Positions 41,139 to 50,373 of a stretch of DNA of 64,000 bases are shown one piece after another. The DNA comes from an uncultured Bacilli bacterium. GTDB taxonomy: Bacteria; Bacillota_I; Bacilli_A; RF39; UBA660. The notes beneath the pieces are model-generated. The model made no database searches, was not told the DNA's origin, and saw only the letters and a program-made list of their open reading frames with translations. Every line of letters begins with the position of its first letter. Position 1 is the stretch's first letter. The stretch covers positions 40,905 to 104,904 of the forward strand of contig CAKOTU010000002.1 in the NCBI GenBank assembly GCA_934120265.1. Reading direction: 5' to 3'. The position numbers and the translations under genes were made by a program.

Positions 41139-42557
41139 TTAAATTGTTTCTATTTTCATTAAATTTGTTGGTACTGAATCGCTATTTGGATTATTTGCTT
41201 TAAATCCACCAGTGATAATAATATTATCTCCTGAATTTAAGTTTATAAATTGTTTTGATTCTTCTACAGCTTTAGAAAACATTTCATCCATTGTATTATA
41301 ATAACCAACGACTTTAGTATATACACCATAATTAGCTTGAAGACTATATGCAACTTCTTTACTTGAAACAAGTGCTAATATAGGAGCATCAGGTTCCAGA
41401 TTAGATATCAATTTAGCAGATAATCCAGAAAAAGTTGGTACTACTATTAACTTAGCACTAATACTATTGGCAGCTTCTACTATACCTTTAACTACGGCAT
41501 CAGTTGGTGTTGCAGATGTTGATTTTGCAAATATATTCTTATAAATTATTGATTTTTCAATATGTTCACAAACCTCAGCCATACATTTTACTGCTTCTAC
41601 CGGGTATTTTCCAGTTGTTGTTTCTCCTGATAACATTACAGCATCTGTACCATTATATACAGCATTAGCTATATCTGTAACTTCAGCTCTAGTTGGACGT
41701 GGATTGTGTTTCATACTTTCTAACATTTCTGTTGCAACAATGCAAATTATGTTATGATCACGGCAAGTACTTGCTATTTTCTTTTGATATATAGGTAACT
41801 CATACATTGATACTTCTACTCCTAAGTCACCACGTGCAACCATTATCCCATCAGAAACTTCTGCTATACTTTCTAAATTATCTAATCCTGTTTTACTTTC
41901 TATTTTAGATATAATTTTAATATCTTTTCTACCTTCATTTTCTAATATTTTTCTTACTTCTTCTACTTCACTTGCTTCTGATACAAATGATAAAGCTAAA
42001 AAGTTTCCATCATGATGACAAGCATAAACAATATCATCATAATCTGTTTGGGAAATAAAAGGCATGTTTAATTTAACACCAGGAACAGATAGACTTTTTT
42101 TAGAATATAAAATTCCTCCATTAATAATTTTACAAGTTAATCCATCTACATTTTTATCTACTACTTGCATTTTCATTAAGCCATTTTCTAAAAGAATTAT
42201 ATTTCCTATATTTATAGAATCTAAAGCATCTGGATGATTAACAGAAAATGCATCTTGATTACCAATGATATTATCTTTAACAACACGAATTGTATTTCCT
42301 GGAATTAAATTTATTCCTGATTCAATTACTTCACCATTTCTAAACTCTGGGCCCTTTGTATCGTATAATATGGCAACATCTTGATTTAAAACTTCTCTTA
42401 CTTCTTTAACAACTTTTACTACTTGTTCTCTTTCTTCGATTGTTGCATGCGAAAAATTTATTCTTGCTATGTTTGCTCCCGCTAAAACCATTTCTTTAAA
42501 TGTTTCAAAATTACTAGAAGCAGGACCAATACTTGTTACTATTTTTGTTTTTTTCAT
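41139..42557 (-). CDS. pyk: Pyruvate kinase
   Basis: MKKTKIVTSIGPAS, NFSH, MVARGDLGVE motifs. Start at the internal ATG 42557 with RBS gaaggaggt. Confidence 0.9.
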   Translation of the reverse strand: MKKTKIVTSIGPASSNFETFKEMVLAGANIARINFSHATIEEREQVVKVVKEVREVLNQDVAILYDTKGPEFRNGEVIESGINLIPGNTIRVVKDNIIGNQDAFSVNHPDALDSINIGNIILLENGLMKMQVVDKNVDGLTCKIINGGILYSKKSLSVPGVKLNMPFISQTDYDDIVYACHHDGNFLALSFVSEASEVEEVRKILENEGRKDIKIISKIESKTGLDNLESIAEVSDGIMVARGDLGVEVSMYELPIYQKKIASTCRDHNIICIVATEMLESMKHNPRPTRAEVTDIANAVYNGTDAVMLSGETTTGKYPVEAVKCMAEVCEHIEKSIIYKNIFAKSTSATPTDAVVKGIVEAANSISAKLIVVPTFSGLSAKLISNLEPDAPILALVSSKEVAYSLQANYGVYTKVVGYYNTMDEMFSKAVEESKQFINLNSGDNIIITGGFKANNPNSDSVPTNLMKIETI

Positions 42558-42640
42558 ATATACCTCCTTCAAACGAACTAATTAAGTATACGCTATTTTT
42601 TTTGTAAATGCAAATAAATTTTGGAAAAAAAGAAGTATTT

Positions 42641-43885
42641 CTACTTCTTATGCACTTTAAATACAACTTGATACATATCTTCTAAATCAAATTCTTCTGT
42701 ATCTACTATAAAACCATATTTTTCAATAGTTTTTTCACATTCCCTAAATGCATCAATAACCATCTTAAGATTTCCTGATTCTACTGCAGAATTTGAAGAC
42801 ACTACTGAATTACTTATTGTACTATTTTCTGAATCCGAATTAAAAATAGAATCATCAAATTTAGGAATACCAAAATTTGGAGATATAGTGAAATCTTTGT
42901 TAATTGGTTCTTCATTTGGAACAAATGTGTTATTAAATTCATAATCAGTAGGATTTACATCTTGTTGAGTATTTTCAGGTTCAAAAGGAGCGGTAAAGAA
43001 ACTACTTTGTTTTGATTCTGAAATTTGATCTGAACTACTTGGTTTTAATAAATCACTAAATCTAGGAAGTTCCTCTTTTGATTCTGATTCCGTATTTAAA
43101 AATGGATTTATTATAGAATCAATATCTGTTTGTGGTAAATCTGTTGACGGTTCGATAATAGGATTACTTGGAATATTTAAATTTGATGGTACTTCTTCTG
43201 ATGGATCTGCTGGAATGATAATAGGTTCATCAAAATTTAATACTTCAACATCATTTTGCATAGTTTTATCTTCTTTTACTCCGTTTAGCATTTTATTTAT
43301 TTCCTCATCTGTCTTTCTAACAGTTAATCTTTCTGTTATTATTTTATCTAATAATTTTACTTGATCTTCTTTATTTGATAGTTTTAATAAAGAACGTGCA
43401 TGTCTTTCTGATATTTTACCATTTAGTAGAGCTTCTTGAACATCTTCATCCAAATTTAATAATCTTAATTTATTAGCTATAGCAGATTGACTTTTTCCTA
43501 TTTTCTCTGCTAAATTTTCTTGATTTAAATATCCCATATCTAGAATTTTTTTATAAGATATAGCTTCTTCTATTGGTGTTAAATCTTGGCGTTGAACATT
43601 TTCAATTAATGCAACTTCAGCACTTTCCTTATCATTTAAATTTATAATAATAGCAGGAATTGTTGGAAGACCTGCTAAAGTTGTTGCTTTAAATCTTCTC
43701 TCACCAGCTATAATTTCATATCTATCACCAACAGGTCTTACGACAATTGGTTGTATAACACCATGTTCTTTTATTGATTCAGATAGTTCATTAATTGCAT
43801 CTTCACTAAATTTTATTCTTGGTTGAAATCTATTAGGTAAAACATCTTCTAAAGGAAGTTCTACCACTTTTCTATTATTATCCAT
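42641..43885 (-). CDS. noc: Noc-type ParB paralog (nucleoid occlusion protein-like) with ~170-aa disordered insertion
   Basis: ParB N-domain (LPNRFQPR, GERRFKA). HTH-domain specificity segment KISERHARSLL matches Noc ITERHARAL, not Spo0J LSMGHGRTL. C-terminal FIVDTEEFDLEDMYQVVFKV resembles the Noc dimerisation tail. Immediately downstream of rsmG as noc is in Bacillus. 414 aa versus ~283 aa for typical Noc. Confidence 0.75.
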   Translation of the reverse strand: MDNNRKVVELPLEDVLPNRFQPRIKFSEDAINELSESIKEHGVIQPIVVRPVGDRYEIIAGERRFKATTLAGLPTIPAIIINLNDKESAEVALIENVQRQDLTPIEEAISYKKILDMGYLNQENLAEKIGKSQSAIANKLRLLNLDEDVQEALLNGKISERHARSLLKLSNKEDQVKLLDKIITERLTVRKTDEEINKMLNGVKEDKTMQNDVEVLNFDEPIIIPADPSEEVPSNLNIPSNPIIEPSTDLPQTDIDSIINPFLNTESESKEELPRFSDLLKPSSSDQISESKQSSFFTAPFEPENTQQDVNPTDYEFNNTFVPNEEPINKDFTISPNFGIPKFDDSIFNSDSENSTISNSVVSSNSAVESGNLKMVIDAFRECEKTIEKYGFIVDTEEFDLEDMYQVVFKVHKK

Positions 43886-43930
43886 AATAATTCCCCTTCC
43901 TTATTCTCTTATGTTTATATCATACTATAG

Positions 43931-43966
43931 TTTGGGAAATATTTCAATAGTTTTTGGGAAATAAAA
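43931..43966. promoter_or_regulatory. Two direct GGGAAAT half-site repeats (tttgggaaata x2) in the rsmG-noc intergenic region
   Basis: tttgggaaatatttc and ttttgggaaataaaa. GGGAAAT is one half of the Noc-binding sequence ATTTCCCGGGAAAT. Confidence 0.25.
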
Positions 43967-43974
43967 AAATAAAC

Positions 43975-44679
43975 CTATAAAGGCTTATTTTTTATTTCTT
44001 TTGGATTACGTGGATATCGTTTTGATGTTGGTTTTTGTTTTGTTATTAATAATAAAGTACGATTACTATCTTCTTTTGGTAGTAAAAATTCATCACTTTT
44101 TAACAACATCCCATCTATCTTTTTTAGAGAACTATCTAATAAGTTTATTTCCCGGGAAATATTTCCTTTCATAGGAATAAAATATTTCCCAACTTTTGCT
44201 AATGGTAAACAATACTCTATCAAAATATTTATTGGTGCTACTGCACGGGCTGTTACAACATCATATTTTTCACGGTTATTTTTAGCAAAATCTTCTGCTC
44301 TGTCATGAACTAATTCTATATCTTTTAAAACTAACTGTTTTACCACTTCATTTAAAAATGTTATACGTTTTTGTAATGAATCAACCAAAGTTATCTTTAA
44401 ATCAGGATAAACTATCTTTAAAACTATTCCTGGAAATCCTGCACCACTACCTATATCACATAGTGTACTTTCTTTTTTTAAATCTATTATTCTAGCAATT
44501 GTTAGACTATCATAAAAATGTTTCAAATATACTTCTTTTTCTTCGGTTATGCCAGTTAAATTCATAACTTTATTCCATTCAACTAAAAGTTGATAATATT
44601 GATTTAGTTGTTCTAATTGTTTGTCTGTAAGTTGAATATTTAAATTTTTTAAAGCCTCTATAAATTCAGTTTTATCCAC
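43975..44679 (-). CDS. rsmG: 16S rRNA (guanine527-N7)-methyltransferase RsmG (GidB)
   Basis: SAM-binding motif DIGSGAGFPG, N-terminus EQLNQYYQLLVEWNKVMNLT. 234 aa. Confidence 0.9.
   Translation of the reverse strand: MDKTEFIEALKNLNIQLTDKQLEQLNQYYQLLVEWNKVMNLTGITEEKEVYLKHFYDSLTIARIIDLKKESTLCDIGSGAGFPGIVLKIVYPDLKITLVDSLQKRITFLNEVVKQLVLKDIELVHDRAEDFAKNNREKYDVVTARAVAPINILIEYCLPLAKVGKYFIPMKGNISREINLLDSSLKKIDGMLLKSDEFLLPKEDSNRTLLLITKQKPTSKRYPRNPKEIKNKPL
44147..44160. promoter_or_regulatory. Noc-binding site (NBS), exact consensus ATTTCCCGGGAAAT, inside rsmG
   Basis: Perfect 14-bp palindrome identical to the B. subtilis NBS consensus. Adjacent to the noc-like gene. Confidence 0.6.
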
Positions 44680-46540
44680 GATTGTACTCCTTTTTTAAAT
44701 AAACCATTAAAATTGAAATATCTGCAGGATTTACGCCGCTTATTCTTAACGCTTGAGCTATAGTTGTAGGTCTTACTTCTTTTAATTTTTGTTTTGCTTC
44801 ACTAGCTATATTGTGTATTGCATCATAATCAATATCTTCTGGTATTTTTTTATTTTCTAAATTATTTAACTTTTCTGCTTCTTTTAGGGCTTTGGTTATA
44901 TATCCCTCATATTTTATTTCTATTTCAACTTCTTCTATTATTTCTTCATCAAAGTCAATATCCAAATATTTTTTTACAATATCCATATCTATTTCAGGAC
45001 GTTTTAATAAATTATAAAAAGTTATTCCATCTTTTAAGATTGCAGAATTGATGGATGCTAGAAATTCATTTACTTCAACTTTAGGATTTAATTTATTATT
45101 TCTTAATATTTCTTTTAATTCTTCTATTTTTGCTTTTTTGTCTAAGAATTTTTGGTATCTATCTTCGTCTATTAAACCTACATTATGACCAATCTCTCTT
45201 AATCTTAAATCAGCATTGTCATTTCTTAATAATAAACGATACTCTGCTCTTGAAGTCAATAAACGATAAGGATCTCTTACTCCCTTTGTTACTAAATCAT
45301 CAATTAAAACACCAATATATGCTTCATTTCTCTTTAATATTAGTGGTTCTTTTCCTTCTAATTTTAAAGAAGCATTTATTCCTGCAATTAATCCTTGACA
45401 TGCAGCTTCTTCATAACCACTAGTTCCATTTATTTGACCGGCTGTATAAAGTCCTTCTATTAATTTGGTTTCTAGAGATTGTTTTAATTGTGTAGGATAT
45501 ATTGCATCATATTCAATTGCATAGGCATATTTTAGTATTTTAGCATTTTCTAACCCTGGTAAACTATGAACCATTAATTCTTGAACATCATGAGGCATAC
45601 TTGTTGAAAAACCTTGTAAATATATATCGTCATAGTATAAACTTTCTGGCTCCAAAAACAATTGATGTTTTTCTTTATCAGCAAATCTTACAACTTTATC
45701 TTCAATAGAAGGACAATATCTTGGACCTATACCTTTTATATCATCTAATCCCCCATACATACTAGCTTTGTGAAGATTATCTCTGATAATTTTATGTGTT
45801 TCAGGTGTTGTATAAATTAAATGACATGATATTTGATCTTCTATTTTATATTGTGGTTTTCTATCAAAACTAAATGATAATAATTTATCGTCACCTTTTT
45901 CTTCTCTAGTTTTTGTAAAATCAATTGTATTTTTATCGATTCTTTGTGGCGTTCCTGTTTTTAATCTTATTATTTTAAAGCCTAATTTTTCTAAATTATC
46001 ACTTAAGTGCATACTTGGTCTTTCACCATGGGGCCCCTGTCTTGTTCTTGTATCTCCAACTAAAATATCAGCTTTTAAGTATGTTCCAGTTGTTAAAACC
46101 ACTGCTTGAGCATAAATTTTTTCTCCAGTTTCTAAAACTACACCTTTTATTTTATTATTTTCAACGATTAAATCTTCTACTAAAGATTCTTTAATCTCTA
46201 AATTTGGTGTTGATGTTAATGTTTTTAACATTTCTTTAGGATATGTTACTTTATCACCTTGAGCACGCAAAGCCTGTACTGCTGGTCCTTTTCCACTGTT
46301 TAACATTTTAATTTGAATTTGACCTTTATCTGCATTTACACCCATTTCTCCACCTAAAGCATCAATTTCTCTTACAACAATCCCTTTGGCACTACCACCA
46401 ATTGATGGATTACAAGGCATATCCGCAATATTTTTGATATTTCCTGTTATTAATAATGTTTTATGACCTTTTCTAGCGCTTGCTAAAGATGCTTCACATC
46501 CTGCATGTCCACCACCAACAACTATTATTTCATATTCCAT
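44672..46540 (-). CDS. mnmG: tRNA uridine-5-carboxymethylaminomethyl modification enzyme MnmG (GidA)
   Basis: Start MEYEIIVVGGGHAGCEA (FAD GxGxxG) at 46540 with RBS aggtga. The 8-codon-longer track start lacks an RBS. 622 aa. Confidence 0.9.
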   Translation of the reverse strand: MEYEIIVVGGGHAGCEASLASARKGHKTLLITGNIKNIADMPCNPSIGGSAKGIVVREIDALGGEMGVNADKGQIQIKMLNSGKGPAVQALRAQGDKVTYPKEMLKTLTSTPNLEIKESLVEDLIVENNKIKGVVLETGEKIYAQAVVLTTGTYLKADILVGDTRTRQGPHGERPSMHLSDNLEKLGFKIIRLKTGTPQRIDKNTIDFTKTREEKGDDKLLSFSFDRKPQYKIEDQISCHLIYTTPETHKIIRDNLHKASMYGGLDDIKGIGPRYCPSIEDKVVRFADKEKHQLFLEPESLYYDDIYLQGFSTSMPHDVQELMVHSLPGLENAKILKYAYAIEYDAIYPTQLKQSLETKLIEGLYTAGQINGTSGYEEAACQGLIAGINASLKLEGKEPLILKRNEAYIGVLIDDLVTKGVRDPYRLLTSRAEYRLLLRNDNADLRLREIGHNVGLIDEDRYQKFLDKKAKIEELKEILRNNKLNPKVEVNEFLASINSAILKDGITFYNLLKRPEIDMDIVKKYLDIDFDEEIIEEVEIEIKYEGYITKALKEAEKLNNLENKKIPEDIDYDAIHNIASEAKQKLKEVRPTTIAQALRISGVNPADISILMVYLKKEYNRG

Positions 46541-46548
46541 ATTTTCAC

Positions 46549-47895
46549 CTACTTTCCTAAACAAAATTGACTAAATAATTGGTCTATTAACTCTTCTTCA
46601 TATGTTTCACCAATTATTTCACCTAATATATTCCAACTATCTTTAATATCTATTTCCACCATATCTATTGGATAATTATCATCTATTCCTTTATCTGCAC
46701 TTTTTAAAGATTGCATAGCTTGTTTTAATAAAGAAATACTTCTAGCACTGCTTAAATAAGATAAATCTTCTGTTTCTATTTTTTCTAAATTATAAAGCTC
46801 TTTTATTTTGTTTTTTAAATCATCTATACCTATATTTTCTTTTGCACTTATGTATACACAATCATCATCGTTTAAGTTTAATTTTTTATTTAGATCACAT
46901 TTATTAATAACTATAATATGATTTTTATTTTTTAACTGTTCTATTATCTTTTTATCCTCTAGTGTTATATCTTCATTATTATTTAATAAAAACAACACTA
47001 AATCAGCTTTATCTATTAAACTTAAACTTTTTTCTACACCTATTTTTTCAACAACATCTTCTGTTTGCCTAATTCCAGCAGTATCTATTATATTTAAAAT
47101 AATTCCATCTAAGTTTATTTTTCCTTCAACTATATCTCTCGTTGTTCCTTCTATATCAGTTACTATTGCTTTATCTTCCTCTAATAATCTGTTTAATAAA
47201 CTACTTTTTCCTACATTTGGACGACCAAGAATTAAAACATCTATGCCTTCCTTTATGATCTTAGTATTTTCACTATGATTTATTATTTCTTTTAATTTCT
47301 TTATTATATTAGTTATTTGAGGTTTTATTATTTGTGTAGATAATACAACTATATCGTCATATTCTGGATAATCAATATTAACTTCTATATTAGCAAGAAT
47401 TTCAACTATTTCTTTTCTTAATTCTTTAATAAGCTCAGAAGAAGTTCCACTTAGCTGATTTATCGCTAAGTTTCTAGCTTTTTCCGTTTTAGAATTAATT
47501 AAATCCATTACTCCTTCTGCTTCTATTAAATCTATTCTACCATTTAAAAAGGCTCTTTTAGTAAATTCACCCGGCTCAGCTAAGCAACATCCATTATTTA
47601 AAAGTAATTCTAATACTTTATTTGTTGTAGATATTCCACCATGACAATTTATTTCTACAGTATCTTCTGTTGTAAAGCTTTTTGGTGCTCTCATAATAGA
47701 TACCAAAACTTCATCTATTATTTTACCATCTTCTACTATATGTCCATAAGTTATGGTATGAGTTGGTTGGGATGTTAAATCTTTACCTTTAAAAATACTA
47801 TTTACTATTTTTATTGATTCTGAACCACTTACTCTAATAATTGATATTGCACCTACACCTAGTGATGTGGCGATTGCAGCTATAGTATCTTCCAT
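46549..47895 (-). CDS. mnmE: tRNA modification GTPase MnmE (TrmE)
   Basis: N-terminal TrmE domain (DTIAAIATSLG...ISIIRVSG), G-domain GRPNVGKSSL, DTAG, C-terminal CLGK tetrapeptide. Confidence 0.9.
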   Translation of the reverse strand: MEDTIAAIATSLGVGAISIIRVSGSESIKIVNSIFKGKDLTSQPTHTITYGHIVEDGKIIDEVLVSIMRAPKSFTTEDTVEINCHGGISTTNKVLELLLNNGCCLAEPGEFTKRAFLNGRIDLIEAEGVMDLINSKTEKARNLAINQLSGTSSELIKELRKEIVEILANIEVNIDYPEYDDIVVLSTQIIKPQITNIIKKLKEIINHSENTKIIKEGIDVLILGRPNVGKSSLLNRLLEEDKAIVTDIEGTTRDIVEGKINLDGIILNIIDTAGIRQTEDVVEKIGVEKSLSLIDKADLVLFLLNNNEDITLEDKKIIEQLKNKNHIIVINKCDLNKKLNLNDDDCVYISAKENIGIDDLKNKIKELYNLEKIETEDLSYLSSARSISLLKQAMQSLKSADKGIDDNYPIDMVEIDIKDSWNILGEIIGETYEEELIDQLFSQFCLGK

Positions 47896-47965
47896 AATAA
47901 TCTCTCCTTTGCTAGATATATTTTAGTATTAAATAGTATTTTAGTCAACAAAAAAATAAAGGGGC

Positions 47966-48580
47966 TTATTCCCCTTTATAACTTATTACTACATATCTAT
48001 TTGGATTTTCTCCAAAACTTTCAGATTTTAAATTTTCAAATTTTGATACTACATTATGTACACATCTACGATCATAAGAATTCATTGGATCTAATTTAAC
48101 ATCAACATGAGATCTTAAAACATCTTTGGCAATTTTTTTAATCTCATATTCTAAATTTTTTTGTTTTTTTGCTTTATAATTTGAAGCATCAAGATTTATT
48201 TTAATGTTAAAACCTATCTTGTTGTTAAGTGTGTTTTTTATTAAAGTTTGAAGAGCTGCTAAAGTTCTTCCTTCTTTACCTATTATAATAGCATTATTGT
48301 CTGATACTAAAACAATATATAAGATATCTTCTTTAAATCTAACCTCACTTTTTATTTCAACGCCAAAGTTATTACTTAATTCTTCTATATAATTTTTAAC
48401 AAAAGTGATAATATCTTCTTTTTTAGCTACTTCATAGATATATTTTTTTGCTTTAAATAATGTTCCTTCTTCTTCTCTTACTTTAATAAATAAATCTTCT
48501 TTAGACGTGTTTAATTCTGATAAAATTTTATTTTCTATTTCTTCTTTATTTTTTCCTTCATATTTATATAACATTTGCAT
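47966..48580 (-). CDS. jag: Jag/KhpB (KH + R3H RNA-binding protein)
   Basis: Jag_N, KH-like and C-terminal R3H motif (SYDRRCVHN). Conserved position between yidC and mnmE. Confidence 0.8.
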   Translation of the reverse strand: MQMLYKYEGKNKEEIENKILSELNTSKEDLFIKVREEEGTLFKAKKYIYEVAKKEDIITFVKNYIEELSNNFGVEIKSEVRFKEDILYIVLVSDNNAIIIGKEGRTLAALQTLIKNTLNNKIGFNIKINLDASNYKAKKQKNLEYEIKKIAKDVLRSHVDVKLDPMNSYDRRCVHNVVSKFENLKSESFGENPNRYVVISYKGE

Positions 48581-49502
48581 TTTTCTTACTCCTTTTAACT
48601 AATAAATTTTGTAGTATTGTAAATCCACTATTGAAAATCCAATACAATGCAATTCCAGTTGAAATAGTAAATGATGCGATTGAAATAAATATAATTGAAA
48701 TATTACTCATCATTTTCATTTGTTTTTCTTGATCACTACTCATTGATGCGGTTGAATTTAACTTAAATGAATAATACGTTGTTGCGATAACTAAGATTAT
48801 AAATATTATATAATAAAATTTACCATTGCTCATTGCTGTTAAAGGACTTGTACCTAATTGAAATCCTAATAAATTTTCTTCAAATAATGCTGGTATTCTA
48901 TTCATTGCTTCATAAAATGCAAAGAATAATGGAATCTGAATGAATGAGAATAAGCAACCAGATAATGGATTTATACCATTTTTTTTGTATATCATCATCA
49001 TCTCTTGAGATTTTTGAATTTGAGCTTCATTATCTTGTCTATTTTTATATTTCTTTTCTAACTTATCTAACTCAGGTTTAGCTTTTTTCATGTTTTCTGA
49101 TTGTAAAGCTGTTTTTTTAGTTATAGGATATAAAATCATTCTTATTAATAAAGTTACAATTATAACTGACAACCCATAATTTTTAACAAGATTTCCTATT
49201 TTTATTATTATCCAAGCTAAAGGTTTTACAAATATAGTTGTCCATATTCCTTCATATCCCCCAGATGTTATGCTAAAATTCTTACAATCTACTAAAGAAT
49301 CAACGTCCACATTATTCTCTCTATATAATTTTAATGTATTTTCATCTGTTGGTTTACATAATATATTTTCTACTAAATTTTGACCTGTTAACGTATTTTG
49401 AACTACTTTTTTATCATCATTTTTAAGTATTTTTGTACAACCAGTTAGTGTTAAAACAACAGTAAAAAGTAAAACAAATATTTTTAATTTATTTTTTTTC
49501 AT
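48564..49502 (-). CDS. yidC: Membrane protein insertase YidC/SpoIIIJ (lipoprotein type)
   Basis: Lipobox LTLTGC. Conserved 60-kDa_IMP core (IIIKIGNLVKNYGLSVIIVTLLIRMILYP, 5 TM). Confidence 0.85.
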   Translation of the reverse strand: MKKNKLKIFVLLFTVVLTLTGCTKILKNDDKKVVQNTLTGQNLVENILCKPTDENTLKLYRENNVDVDSLVDCKNFSITSGGYEGIWTTIFVKPLAWIIIKIGNLVKNYGLSVIIVTLLIRMILYPITKKTALQSENMKKAKPELDKLEKKYKNRQDNEAQIQKSQEMMMIYKKNGINPLSGCLFSFIQIPLFFAFYEAMNRIPALFEENLLGFQLGTSPLTAMSNGKFYYIIFIILVIATTYYSFKLNSTASMSSDQEKQMKMMSNISIIFISIASFTISTGIALYWIFNSGFTILQNLLVKRSKKNANVI

Positions 49503-49839
49503 TACATTTCTCCTTAATTATATTTAATTTTTTAAAAGCTTCTATTAAATCATTTTCTCTTTCTGAAAAAGACTTTTCCAATAAACCTCTCCTTACTATT
49601 ATAATACAATTAATTCCTTTTTCATAGTTATTTTTATCAATTATAGTTTTTAACTGTCTTTTTATTTTATTCCTAGTAACAGCATTACCTACTTTTTTTC
49701 CAACCGATAACCCAAAATGATAAGTAGGATCTTCAACCTTTTCTACATATAATATATAATCTTTATATTTATATGACCTATTGTTTTTTATTATTCTATC
49801 AAAATCCATACTCTTTTTTAATATATTTGTTTTTTTCAT
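49489..49839 (-). CDS. rnpA: Ribonuclease P protein component
   Basis: 116 aa, basic. RNR-motif region KKVGNAVTRNKIKRQLK. Confidence 0.85.
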   Translation of the reverse strand: MKKTNILKKSMDFDRIIKNNRSYKYKDYILYVEKVEDPTYHFGLSVGKKVGNAVTRNKIKRQLKTIIDKNNYEKGINCIIIVRRGLLEKSFSERENDLIEAFKKLNIIKEKCNEKK

Positions 49840-49860
49840 ATAGCACCTTCTTTAAACTAA

Positions 49861-49884
49861 AAGCCACTGTTTTGCAGTGGCCTT
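49861..49884 (-). terminator. Hairpin between rpmH and rnpA (attenuator/terminator candidate)
   Basis: gccactg-ttttg-cagtggc, a 7-9 bp GC-rich stem. On the minus-strand transcript it is followed by UUUUAGUUU. Confidence 0.4.
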
Positions 49885-49889
49885 AAATA

Positions 49890-50012
49890 TTAGTGTGATA
49901 AAACTTTACGACCTTTTCTTCTTCTTGAATTGATCATTTTAGTTTTCATACGAGCTAAAAAACCCATTTTTTTACTTCTTTTTCTATTATTTGGTTGAAA
50001 TGTTCTTTTCAT
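49890..50012 (-). CDS. rpmH: 50S ribosomal protein L34
   Basis: Not in the ORF track (<60 aa). Reverse complement encodes [40 protein letters not shown], a textbook L34. RBS ggaggtgg. Confidence 0.9.
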   Translation of the reverse strand: MKRTFQPNNRKRSKKMGFLARMKTKMINSRRRKGRKVLSH

Positions 50013-50105
50013 AGTCCACCTCCTAAAGCCTATATTTCATCGCTTTAACCATTATATAGATAAATTATGAATTTGTCAAATATTTTTTATCGTTATAATT
50101 ATATT

Positions 50106-50305
50106 TTTTCCACACAGTATTTTTCTTTAATTTATAATATATAACGTTATTTTCCACAGTAGATGTGGAAAACTTACTAACATGTGATTTGATATGTTAA
50201 TTATTTTTCCACAATGGGTGTTGAAAATGTAATTATTCTTTTAAAAATAATGTCGTTTGGTGTGGAAAATTGTGTTAATTTGTCGAATTTTAATATTTTT
50301 CCACA
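50106..50305. promoter_or_regulatory. oriC DnaA-box cluster upstream of dnaA (6 boxes)
   Basis: TTTTCCACA at 50106, 50150, 50205, 50297 and TGTGGAAAA at 50164, 50261. One-mismatch variants of TTATCCACA, in both orientations within 200 bp. Confidence 0.8.
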
Positions 50306-50373
50306 GTTTATATTGGTTTTTATTTTTTTTTGGTGTAAAATAATGTTAACAATTGTTAAAGTGAGGTGAGTTT

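Noticed and set aside
42641-43885. Calling this protein the canonical segregation ParB/Spo0J
   Set aside because: The HTH specificity segment (ISERHARSLL) and C-terminal tail match Noc rather than Spo0J. Exact NBS palindromes are present. No parA/soj is adjacent.
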